Assembly (NCBI GenBank): GCA_039810885.1
Contig: JBDHXV010000001.1
Span: 13,527-77,526, forward strand
Origin: Chitinophagales bacterium
GTDB taxonomy: Bacteria; Bacteroidota; Bacteroidia; Chitinophagales; UBA10324
Direction: 5' to 3'
Length of the DNA: 64,000 nt
Shown here: positions 40,534 through 49,259 of the stretch, piece by piece
Layout: every line of letters starts with the position of its first letter
How positions within the stretch are numbered: position 1 is the first letter of the stretch
Position numbers and translations under genes: made by a program
The notes under the pieces: model-generated
The model's database searches: none
What the model saw: the letters and a program-made list of their open reading frames with translations, nothing else
Told to the model about the DNA's origin: nothing

Positions 40534-41088
40534 ATGAAAAAGCTAAAACCAATCATCGCAGCACTAACCTTACTTATCGTTCTTTCAAACATGGGAGTTA
40601 GAGCACAAAACAACGTAAAGAAAACAGAATCGGGTGGAATCAAATGGGTCTCTCTAAGCGAAGCAGAGAAGTTAACAGCAAAGAAGAAGAAGAAAATATT
40701 TGTAGATGTCTATACCGACTGGTGCGGATGGTGTAAGCGCTTGGATGCTACCACATATCAGGATGAAGCCGTAATAAAATACCTTAATGAAAATTTCTAT
40801 GCCGTAAAATTAAACGCAGAAACTCGCGACACAGTAACTTATAAAGGAATCAAATATTCGTATAACCCAAGTCGCAGGGTGAATGATGTAGCCCCTCAGT
40901 TCTTAACGGCTCAGCCCGGCTATCCGACCCTAACCTATCTTGATGACAAGATGAATGTAATTCGTGTAGCACCGGGATATGTAGATGGAACAGCATTTTT
41001 AAATCAACTTAAATTTATTAACGAAAATTACTACCTCAATATGAGCTTTGAAAAGTATATGAGCGATGTGGTTCACTCACAAAAGTAA
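40534..41088 (+). CDS. Exported thioredoxin-fold protein (DUF255/SoxW-like)
   Basis: Signal peptide, YTDWCGWCK and GYPT motifs. Confidence 0.85.
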   Translation: MKKLKPIIAALTLLIVLSNMGVRAQNNVKKTESGGIKWVSLSEAEKLTAKKKKKIFVDVYTDWCGWCKRLDATTYQDEAVIKYLNENFYAVKLNAETRDTVTYKGIKYSYNPSRRVNDVAPQFLTAQPGYPTLTYLDDKMNVIRVAPGYVDGTAFLNQLKFINENYYLNMSFEKYMSDVVHSQK

Positions 41089-41117
41089 TGTCATGTAAAA
41101 ATGACTATTTATAACTC

Positions 41118-41153
41118 TGGACATAACCTAAGGTAGTGTCCACGTTTTTTTTT
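41118..41153 (+). terminator. Intrinsic terminator after the thioredoxin gene
   Basis: TGGACA...TGTCCA stem with an inner ACCT/AGGT pair, then a T9 run. Confidence 0.55.
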
Positions 41154-41164
41154 ATCATTGTATC

Positions 41165-42031
41165 GTGATGATGACCGACGTACAACGTAAAGCTTATCCC
41201 GGATTATTATATACCGACCCGACTTTTCAGCCGGATCAGTCTGCCGGTTTTTTGTTGAATATCTTTTTGAACGAATCTCAACTCATCTTCAGTATCATAA
41301 ATCAAGAGACCAAATACTTACTCCATTTACAGTCGTATAACTTTTTTCAGTTTAATAATCAGGCCGAATTTTACTCTATCATCCGCGACTTATCAGACAA
41401 AGAAGACCTATTTAACTTGAGTTTTAAAACGACGAATTTTTATCTCTATAATGGATATAATACCCTAATACCATCTGAACTATTTGATGCCGATTACCTG
41501 AGCCATTACTTTCAATTCAATTTCGATACGAATACTCCTTTTTACTATGCTTACGATGTGTTGGAAAAGCAAGGTATTGTGAATGTGTATGGCATTCCTA
41601 TAGAATTGAAAAAGATATTCGAGGACAAGTTCAAATCGCCTATTTTCTATCACAACAGCACGCCATTAATCGAATACCTATGCAAAACTGAAACAGAACA
41701 TGAGGCCGTTTACATTTATATACAGCCTCATTGGATGCAGATTATGGTAAATCAAAATCGTACACCGATTTTCTTTAACTCATTTCATTACGCCACACCG
41801 GAAGATTTTATTTACTATATACTCTATACCTACCAACAGTTAAAATTAGACCCTGAAACGATTCCGGTATTCCTGCTTGGTGAAATTGTGAAAGACTCTG
41901 TTTTGTTCGAACACTTATATAAATATATACGCCATGTCAATATGATGAAACGTCCTGAAGAACTTCAAATTCAAAAGACGTTCAATATGCCGGGGCATTT
42001 CTACTACAATATATTCTGTGCAGGGTTATGA
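41165..42031 (+). CDS. DUF3822 family protein
   Basis: TLIPSELFD and FNSF....EDFIYYILY motifs; lies upstream of rsmD. Confidence 0.78.
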   Translation: MMMTDVQRKAYPGLLYTDPTFQPDQSAGFLLNIFLNESQLIFSIINQETKYLLHLQSYNFFQFNNQAEFYSIIRDLSDKEDLFNLSFKTTNFYLYNGYNTLIPSELFDADYLSHYFQFNFDTNTPFYYAYDVLEKQGIVNVYGIPIELKKIFEDKFKSPIFYHNSTPLIEYLCKTETEHEAVYIYIQPHWMQIMVNQNRTPIFFNSFHYATPEDFIYYILYTYQQLKLDPETIPVFLLGEIVKDSVLFEHLYKYIRHVNMMKRPEELQIQKTFNMPGHFYYNIFCAGL

Positions 42032-42558
42032 GAGTCATTACCGGAAAATATGGCGGACGTAAATTTTATCCGCCGGCTAATATCCCAACCAGACCTACAA
42101 CAGATTTTGCCAAAACAGGATTATTCAATATCCTAAACAATCAGATTGACTTCGTAGAAGTTCGTTTTCTCGACTTGTTTGCCGGAACAGGCTCTTTAAG
42201 TTATGAATTTGCTTCTCGCGGTTGTACAAGCATCATCAGCGTAGATCAGGATTTGAACTGCGTGAACTTCATAAAAAAAATGATAAGCGAATGGAAAATT
42301 GAAGGTATGCAAGTAATACGTGGTGAAATCTTTGCCTTTATTAATAACTGCCGAGAATCATTTGATATCATCTTTGCAGGGCCTCCCTATAAACTCGCTA
42401 ATATCTCACAGCTACCTGACTTGATTATTGAGCGAGGCTTAATGGCTGAAGGTGGTTGGTTCATTTTAGAAACATCACCCGAACACGATTTCAGCAAACA
42501 TTCCCGATTATTCCACCACAGAAACTATGGTGGCACTCACTTTCATTTTTTTCGATAA
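42028..42558 (+). CDS. rsmD: RsmD-family RNA methyltransferase
   Basis: MRVITG, RPTTD and LDLFAGTG motifs; GPPY in place of DPPY. Confidence 0.85.
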   Translation: MRVITGKYGGRKFYPPANIPTRPTTDFAKTGLFNILNNQIDFVEVRFLDLFAGTGSLSYEFASRGCTSIISVDQDLNCVNFIKKMISEWKIEGMQVIRGEIFAFINNCRESFDIIFAGPPYKLANISQLPDLIIERGLMAEGGWFILETSPEHDFSKHSRLFHHRNYGGTHFHFFR

Positions 42559-42578
42559 ACTTCGTCGCAAGTTATTCT

Positions 42579-43361
42579 TCACTTTCTAACTATCTCGAGT
42601 AACTTCTGTTTCCTATTTATTGACAAGCGCTGCTGTCTTTGCGTTACAAGAATAAGAATTAACATGATTGTAACAGAGAAAAGCGAAGCGTTTAATGTGC
42701 CAAGTTGTAATCCTCCCTGATCAAGAGGCTTTGTAAGAAAGTCGCCAAAGGTAGCCCCAAAAGGTCGAGTGAAGATAAATGCTATCCAAAATAGTAGGAT
42801 TGGATTAAACTTTGTCAGATAATGCACGAGTATAACAATAAGTATCACAACACCGGTTATGAAGGCTCCTTCTAAATAACTTAATCCAAAATATTCTCCA
42901 AGGAAATCGCCAAAAGCCGTGCCCAGGCTATTTGAGAAAAGGATGGCAGTCCAGTAATAAATTTCTTTCCTTGTATCAGTCACCGGAAAAACGTTAAGAC
43001 TCTTATATCTGTCAAACCATAAGAATAGTGTTAACAATAGGCCAGTAACGAGTAAAGTGCTGCCTAAGGCATACCCCAAATGCAGAGTTCGATCTATGAA
43101 ATCTGAAATTTCAGTACCTAACAAAGTGGTGCTTATAATTACTATCCAATAAATAAAGGGGATGTATTTACTCATATAAAGTTGAGTTGATAGCGCAATA
43201 AGAAAAAAGACAAGAGTAATAAGTAAACCTCTCGCATATCCTAAGTTCATGGTCATAGAAATATAGTCGCCCAATGTTTCGCCAAGGGTCGTGGCAACAA
43301 TTTTCATCAGCCAAAAAATCAATGTAATTTGAGCGATCTTGTTTTGATGCTCGGTTGACAT
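42579..43361 (-). CDS. COG4705/DUF347 repeat membrane protein
   Basis: FWLMKIVATTLGETLGD, GTAFGD and TRPFGATFGD motifs. Confidence 0.85.
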   Translation of the reverse strand: MSTEHQNKIAQITLIFWLMKIVATTLGETLGDYISMTMNLGYARGLLITLVFFLIALSTQLYMSKYIPFIYWIVIISTTLLGTEISDFIDRTLHLGYALGSTLLVTGLLLTLFLWFDRYKSLNVFPVTDTRKEIYYWTAILFSNSLGTAFGDFLGEYFGLSYLEGAFITGVVILIVILVHYLTKFNPILLFWIAFIFTRPFGATFGDFLTKPLDQGGLQLGTLNASLFSVTIMLILILVTQRQQRLSINRKQKLLEIVRK

Positions 43362-43373
43362 ATAGGCTTTATT

Positions 43374-43790
43374 TTACCTAATAAAGGTGCCATCTTCCTT
43401 GTAAAGCACTTCTTTCTTCTTACTCCCTATTTTTATATCTGCCTCGTATAAAATTCCATCCTTAGCCGTTTCAATTTTATCTGCACCGATTATAGTGCAG
43501 CCGGGGTTAGATTTTGTTATCGCAGCCACAATATTTTCGGGAAGTTGAGATATTGAAATCTCAGTTTCCGTTTCTAACCATTTCCCATCAGAAGAAAAGT
43601 TTGCCGATTTCTTTATGTTCCCATCCGTAAAATTCGCTTCCCATTCGGCAGCACCTTCCCTACCCCATTTAATATTGGTCGCAGCAGGGAATTTTTGTGT
43701 GAACGCCTTAACCACAACTTCAGGAGGTGTACTCGCATGCAGTATGTTTGAAAGGGTTATTATGCAAAACACTAAAATGACTTGTTTCAT
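43374..43790 (-). CDS. Exported PepSY-like (BLIP-like) domain protein
   Basis: Signal peptide and two repeats ([14 protein letters not shown]; LPENIVAAI), [11 protein letters not shown]. Confidence 0.8.
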   Translation of the reverse strand: MKQVILVFCIITLSNILHASTPPEVVVKAFTQKFPAATNIKWGREGAAEWEANFTDGNIKKSANFSSDGKWLETETEISISQLPENIVAAITKSNPGCTIIGADKIETAKDGILYEADIKIGSKKKEVLYKEDGTFIR

Positions 43791-43939
43791 ATTTTTTTTG
43801 TAAATTAAAACGAAAGTTATCTTAATATATTTTATCCTATTGTTTTAAAAACACCATATATTTTCATATTTAGAATTATTCAGTGATCTTAGTTTCTTAG
43901 CGGAATACTTATATATTCGTTGCATAAAATTATTACGCA

Positions 43940-44422
43940 ATGCGTATTGCAGTTTTTCCAGGCTCTTTTGACCCTATTCATATCGGACACGTAGATATGA
44001 TACAACGTGCATTACCTATGTTCGATAAAATAATTATCGGCATCGGAATCAATAAACAGAAGAATTATCTTTTTCCCCTAGAGCTAAGAAAAGCATGGAT
44101 AAAAGACATTTTCGCTTTTGAAAATAAAATAGAGGTATTGTCGTATAAGGGTCTTACCATAGAATTCTGCCGTTTGCATCACGCTAATTATATCCTTCGC
44201 GGACTGCGAACTGCTGCCGACTTTGAATTTGAACGTGCTATTGCCCAAATGAACCAGGCCATGCACCGCGATATTGAAACCATATTCTTGCTTTCTAACC
44301 CCTCTCTAAGTATGATTAGCAGTTCTTTAATGCGCGATATATTATTAAATCAAGGAGATATCTCACAATTCGTACCCGAAGAAATTGAAGATAAGGTGAT
44401 ACTGAAACCCGAAGGTGAATAA
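43940..44422 (+). CDS. coaD: Pantetheine-phosphate adenylyltransferase
   Basis: FPGSFDPIHIGH, RGLR and ISSS motifs. Confidence 0.96.
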   Translation: MRIAVFPGSFDPIHIGHVDMIQRALPMFDKIIIGIGINKQKNYLFPLELRKAWIKDIFAFENKIEVLSYKGLTIEFCRLHHANYILRGLRTAADFEFERAIAQMNQAMHRDIETIFLLSNPSLSMISSSLMRDILLNQGDISQFVPEEIEDKVILKPEGE

Positions 44423-44461
44423 GAGCAGACAATTATCATATCGTCATTACTTTCATTTACA

Positions 44462-44469
44462 TACTTTTG
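44462..44469 (+). promoter_or_regulatory. -7 box (TACTTTTG) for the pnt operon
   Basis: Consensus match 39 nt before ATG. Confidence 0.55.
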
Positions 44470-44508
44470 CGCCGTTCGCATTTTTTAACGAACCGCAATT
44501 AAAAGCTT

Positions 44509-45636
44509 ATGACCCTTGGTATTCTAAAAGAATTAAACGATGAAAACCGTGTAGTATGTTTACCCGATATTGTTTCACAATTAACCAAAATGAACGTGCA
44601 GGTATTGGTTGAAACCGGTGCAGGCACAGCATCTTACGCATCCGACACCGACTATCAGGCTGCCGGGGCACAGATGGTTTCAACAGGCGAAGTGCTTAGG
44701 CAGTCAGACTTGGTATTGTGCATAGCTGCTCCATCAAAAAGCACCCTAAGCCAACTAAAGAATGATGCAATTCTCATTTGTGTGATGCAGCCTCTATCCA
44801 ATACAGATTTGGTGAACGAAGCAAAAAATAAAAACATCACAACGTTTAGTCTTGATATGGTGCCGCGTACTACCCGTGCTCAGTCTATGGATATTCTGTC
44901 TTCACAGGCTACGGCTGCAGGATATAAAGCTGTGCTCAGTGCTGCCATGCATTTACCTAAATTTTTTCCCATGTTTATGACAGCAGCAGGAAGTATAGCT
45001 CCGGCAAAAGTGCTGGTTCTGGGTGCCGGCGTGGCCGGCCTTCAAGCTATTGCCACAGCTAAACGACTGGGGGCTGCGGTGGAAGCATTCGACACCCGTT
45101 CTGCCGTTAAAGAAGAAGTAAAAAGCCTGGGTGCAAAGTTTGTGGAGGTTGAAGGAGCTGCAGAATCTGTTGCTGCAGGTGGTTATGCTGTGGAACAAAC
45201 AGAAGAATTCAAACGCAAGCAGCAAGCAAAAATCGTAGAGCACGCTCTGAAAGCGGATGTAATAATCTGCACGGCACAAATACCCGGGCGCAAAGCACCG
45301 ATACTTGTGCCCAAATCTGTAGTTGAAAGAATGAAACAAGGTTCTGTTATCGTGGATTTGGCAGCTTCTACCGGTGGAAATTGTGAGGTTACGGTTAATA
45401 ACCAAACCATACAACATAATGGTGTTTTTGTAATCGGCAATTCTAACCTGCCGTCAACTATCCCTGCAGATGCCAGCAAAATGTTTGGCAAAAACGTGTT
45501 GAATCTGCTCAAGTTAATGATTACAAAAGAAGGTCAAATTAACTTAAACTTCGAAGACGATATCGTCAAAGGTTGTTGTATTACACATCAAGGACAAATT
45601 ATCAACCCGCGTGTTCAAGAACTTATAAAAGCATAA
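44509..45636 (+). CDS. pntA: NAD(P) transhydrogenase alpha-1 (domain I)
   Basis: PRTTRAQSMDILSSQ and GAGVAGL motifs. Confidence 0.94.
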   Translation: MTLGILKELNDENRVVCLPDIVSQLTKMNVQVLVETGAGTASYASDTDYQAAGAQMVSTGEVLRQSDLVLCIAAPSKSTLSQLKNDAILICVMQPLSNTDLVNEAKNKNITTFSLDMVPRTTRAQSMDILSSQATAAGYKAVLSAAMHLPKFFPMFMTAAGSIAPAKVLVLGAGVAGLQAIATAKRLGAAVEAFDTRSAVKEEVKSLGAKFVEVEGAAESVAAGGYAVEQTEEFKRKQQAKIVEHALKADVIICTAQIPGRKAPILVPKSVVERMKQGSVIVDLAASTGGNCEVTVNNQTIQHNGVFVIGNSNLPSTIPADASKMFGKNVLNLLKLMITKEGQINLNFEDDIVKGCCITHQGQIINPRVQELIKA

Positions 45637-45639
45637 ACT

Positions 45640-45957
45640 ATGGAATTTTTGGAAAACATTCTTCAACTTATTTATCAACATCAAGATCTCATCTTTATCG
45701 TTATTCTTGCCGTCTTTCTGGGTATTGAAGTCATATCGCATGTGCCTTCCGTGTTACACACTCCATTGATGTCCGGAGCAAACGCCATTCACGGTGTGGT
45801 AATTATTGGAGCCATCATTGTGATGGGTAAAGCACACGCTGATGATTACCTTGCGTTAACACTTGGCTTTCTTGCAGTGATATTAGGAACACTTAACGTA
45901 GTAGGTGGCTTTGTAGTAACAGACCGTATGCTCGAAATGTTTAAAAAGAAAAAATAA
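45640..45957 (+). CDS. pntA: NAD(P) transhydrogenase alpha-2
   Basis: LHTPLMSGANAI and TDRMLEMF motifs. Confidence 0.93.
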   Translation: MEFLENILQLIYQHQDLIFIVILAVFLGIEVISHVPSVLHTPLMSGANAIHGVVIIGAIIVMGKAHADDYLALTLGFLAVILGTLNVVGGFVVTDRMLEMFKKKK

Positions 45958-45984
45958 TTCATTCACCCACTCCGTAAATAAAAT

Positions 45985-47397
45985 ATGTCGTTCGATTTAG
46001 AAAGCAGCGTTTTACTTATCATATACTTCTTCGGTTCCATCACCTTTATTTCAGGATTGAAGATGCTCAGCAAGCCGGATAGCGCCCGCCGTGGCAACAT
46101 TCTTGCCGCCATTGGTATGACAGTAGCCATATTCGGCACCATTTTCTTTTATAAAGATGCTGATGGGAACCATCTGGGTAACTACCTGTGGATTTTTGCT
46201 GCCATTATCATTGGTTCCATAGTAGGCACGCTTGCTGCTCAAAAAGTAAAGATGACCGCCATGCCGCAAATGGTATCTCTTTTTAATGGTATGGGTGGTG
46301 CTTGTGCCGCGATTATATCCATAACGGAGTACAATCACTTCCACTTCGAAAGCGGAAGTGTGGGTGAGTTGTTTGCGATTCTTGCCGGCTTGCTTATAGG
46401 TAGCGTATCTTTTGCAGGTAGTATGATTGCATTTGGAAAGCTAAACGGAAACATTGCAGATAAGAGTTTTAAAGGTCAATCGCTTATCAATTTTATACTC
46501 TTAGCCATTCCTGTGTTGATGGTGATTTATATGACCTTTTTACAAGAACATAACATTACTTTACTCTATGCCTTGCTTGCGTTGTGCCTCCTTTACGGCG
46601 TTACATTTGTCATGCCAATAGGTGGAGCAGACATGCCGGTGGTCATCTCGCTGCTCAATTCTTTTACCGGTGTGGCAGCAGCGTGTGGCGGCTTTATCTA
46701 TGACAATCAAGTGATGCTTACGGGTGGTATTTTGGTTGGCTCTGCCGGCACTATTCTTACCGTATTGATGTGTAATGCGATGAACCGCTCCTTGATGAAT
46801 GTTATTATCGGCTCATTTGGCGGCGGCGGTGCAGCTATTAGCACAGGTGATACTACGGTACACGGAAGCATTAAAGAAATTTCATTATCCGACACCGCGG
46901 TATTGCTCAGCTACTCTAAAAAAGTATTTATAGTGCCCGGGTATGGTTTGGCTGTGGCGCAGGCGCAGCACACCTGCCATGAGTTGGAAAAACTCCTTGA
47001 AGAAAAAGGTGTAGAAGTAAAGTATGCCATTCATCCCGTTGCCGGACGTATGCCGGGGCACATGAATGTGTTGCTCGCAGAGGCCGATGTACCGTATGAA
47101 AAACTCCTTGAAATGGAAGATGCCAACAGCGAATTTGCTACTACCGACGTTGTTATGGTAATAGGTGCTAACGATGTAGTGAATCCGGCTGCCCGTAAAA
47201 ATCCGGCTTCGCCAATATATGGTATGCCTATTTTAGATGTAGATCTGGCACAAAACGTAATTGTACTCAAACGCGGTATGGCTGCGGGATATGCCGGTAT
47301 TGAAAATGAACTTTTCTACGATGCCAAGACCAAAATGCTTTTTGGCGATGCTAAATCTTCTTTACAGAAATTAGTTAGCGAAGTTAAAGCCGTATAA
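45985..47397 (+). CDS. pntB: NAD(P) transhydrogenase beta
   Basis: MTAMPQMV, GGADMPVV, HPVAGRMPGHMNV and GANDVVNP motifs. Confidence 0.95.
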   Translation: MSFDLESSVLLIIYFFGSITFISGLKMLSKPDSARRGNILAAIGMTVAIFGTIFFYKDADGNHLGNYLWIFAAIIIGSIVGTLAAQKVKMTAMPQMVSLFNGMGGACAAIISITEYNHFHFESGSVGELFAILAGLLIGSVSFAGSMIAFGKLNGNIADKSFKGQSLINFILLAIPVLMVIYMTFLQEHNITLLYALLALCLLYGVTFVMPIGGADMPVVISLLNSFTGVAAACGGFIYDNQVMLTGGILVGSAGTILTVLMCNAMNRSLMNVIIGSFGGGGAAISTGDTTVHGSIKEISLSDTAVLLSYSKKVFIVPGYGLAVAQAQHTCHELEKLLEEKGVEVKYAIHPVAGRMPGHMNVLLAEADVPYEKLLEMEDANSEFATTDVVMVIGANDVVNPAARKNPASPIYGMPILDVDLAQNVIVLKRGMAAGYAGIENELFYDAKTKMLFGDAKSSLQKLVSEVKAV

Positions 47398-47491
47398 TAT
47401 CCACTGCTAACTTTTTTCATCGGTTTTGATACATTGAGTTTGCACTGGCAATCCGTTTAATTCAGATATCTTTAATCTTAAGATATAGTCT

Positions 47492-48535
47492 GTGTTAAAA
47501 ATTTTAAATAACGTTTTTTTCAAAGTATTAGCTATTATTGGTTTTAGCATTACAATGCCCCATTCCGGCTTATTCGCACAAATCTTAAGGCCTGAAATTG
47601 TAAATTTGGTTAGCGCAATAGAAAAGGAGAATATCATAAAAAGTGAAGGCATCGGATTTGCCGGGGCTAAAAATGAACAGTGGCAGCGTTATCTAACTTT
47701 GAAAGAGAAAGCAACGAATGAGGAGTTACTGCAACTATGCAAACACCCTAATGGAGTGATACGCTGTTATTCTTTTCTGGCAGCTACAACGAGGAATAAT
47801 ATAAATCTATTTCCAACTTTATTGCAGCATTTAACAGATACTGCTCTGGTAAGTCTTTATCAAGGGTGTACCATAAACAGTATAATGGTTGGGGATTTCT
47901 ATATTCTAACTGTTACTAATCCCTTCTTAGACTCCGTTCGTTATAATCTTTCTTATGAGGAAAAAGGCACTATTGACAGCCTGCTGCTTTTTAGTAGTAA
48001 CATTAAACTTTCAGCGAAATCAGATATGCTGAAACGATTGAAACCTGAGGTTCGATATTATTACGGGATTCGTAAGCTCGTTACTGATGAGCAAAATAAG
48101 GATGCTATAGTTGCACTTTCAAAATACAAGATGCTACAAGATACTTCATTAATAGCCGACTTCCTGCGGTCTGAAAAACCTGGCTTGCCGTATTATGGAT
48201 TAATCGCAGTACGCTATTTTCCCGAAGATTGCTTTCTTAAATATATTAAGCGAATACACGCTATAGAAATCAAAAGTGGCCACTCATTCGATTATAATCT
48301 GATTCGAGTATTATACAATGCTATGGTCCAGTATAAAAATGAAGATATAAGAAGCATTATAGAAAAGACTTTAACCTCTACAACTGGTAGAACATTTCAA
48401 ACACATTCTCAATTTATTTGGTTGGCCCTTGAGCTTTACCCCAATCCTGTTCTTAACGATTTAAAGGAGAATATTAAGCTCACAGATTTTCAAAAAGCCG
48501 AATTACAATATTGGCAACAAAATGTCGATGACTGA
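47492..48535 (+). CDS. Exported helical (HEAT-like) hypothetical protein
   Basis: 347-aa ORF with GTG start, signal-like N-terminus and amphipathic helices. Confidence 0.65.
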   Translation: MLKILNNVFFKVLAIIGFSITMPHSGLFAQILRPEIVNLVSAIEKENIIKSEGIGFAGAKNEQWQRYLTLKEKATNEELLQLCKHPNGVIRCYSFLAATTRNNINLFPTLLQHLTDTALVSLYQGCTINSIMVGDFYILTVTNPFLDSVRYNLSYEEKGTIDSLLLFSSNIKLSAKSDMLKRLKPEVRYYYGIRKLVTDEQNKDAIVALSKYKMLQDTSLIADFLRSEKPGLPYYGLIAVRYFPEDCFLKYIKRIHAIEIKSGHSFDYNLIRVLYNAMVQYKNEDIRSIIEKTLTSTTGRTFQTHSQFIWLALELYPNPVLNDLKENIKLTDFQKAELQYWQQNVDD

Positions 48536-48750
48536 GCATGATTTACCACTTAATTAACCTATCTCATACGAGTTAGAAATAACAGCTCACACCGCCCGCC
48601 CAGTATGAATCTCCTTCTTGCTATGTAAGTGTGCCTAATAATAAACAGTCATTACAAAGCGCTTCGTTTAAGTGTGTTTTAAATAAGTGTTATATATCAA
48701 AACGCCCGTGGGTCAGTTTTGAGAGTTAGCAATATACTTGTGACGTCGTT

Positions 48751-49173
48751 CTACTTAATAAGGAAATCTTTTTCAGATAGTTTTATCAATATATCCCACT
48801 CTTCATTATTTACAGCCATAACGCTAAGACGTGCATTGCGCACTAAGCCCAGTTGCTGCAAACCTTTGTTTGCCTTAATTTGTGCTAGTGTTACAGGATT
48901 CTTTAAGGTTGAAACCGCTTTTATCTCCACGCTACTCCAGTCTCCTTCGTTGGCAGTAGGGTCAGGAATTGCTTCGTGGTTCACTTTGCACACGCCAACT
49001 ATAGCCATATCTAAGTTACTGTGGTAAAACAATACGTCGTCATTTTTCTTCATCGCGCGCATATTATTTCGCGCCTGGTAATTTCGCACGCCTGTCCAAA
49101 GGGTATGCTTTTCTTTTAACAATTCAGACCACCCGTACTCTTCAGGGTCAGATTTAATTAACCATTTGCTCAT
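48751..49173 (-). CDS. EVE domain protein
   Basis: WLIKSDP, WTGVRNYQARN, FYHS and RLSV motifs. Confidence 0.92.
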   Translation of the reverse strand: MSKWLIKSDPEEYGWSELLKEKHTLWTGVRNYQARNNMRAMKKNDDVLFYHSNLDMAIVGVCKVNHEAIPDPTANEGDWSSVEIKAVSTLKNPVTLAQIKANKGLQQLGLVRNARLSVMAVNNEEWDILIKLSEKDFLIK

Positions 49174-49200
49174 TTTTTAAATTAGAATTAACTAGAATAC

Positions 49201-49238
49201 AAAAATAAAAAAAGCGGCACCGTTTAAAGTGCCGCCTT
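49201..49238 (-). terminator. Intrinsic terminator after rpsA
   Basis: GCGGCAC/GTGCCGC stem followed by a T-run on the minus strand. Confidence 0.85.
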
Positions 49239-49259
49239 CCTACTTTGTTTAAATTAAGA

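Noticed and set aside
44509-45957. Split pntA as a frameshift or pseudogene
   Set aside because: The alpha1/alpha2/beta three-subunit transhydrogenase is a known natural architecture, and both ORFs are intact.
48716-48740. Superficial likeness of GTTTTGAGAGTTAGCAATA to Cas9 repeat/sgRNA scaffolds
   Set aside because: There is no repeat-spacer array and no cas, IscB or TnpB gene. The similarity is short and likely coincidental.
47492-49173. EVE protein plus orphan gene as a defence system
   Set aside because: The genes are convergent, no nuclease or toxin motif is present, and stand-alone EVE proteins are common.
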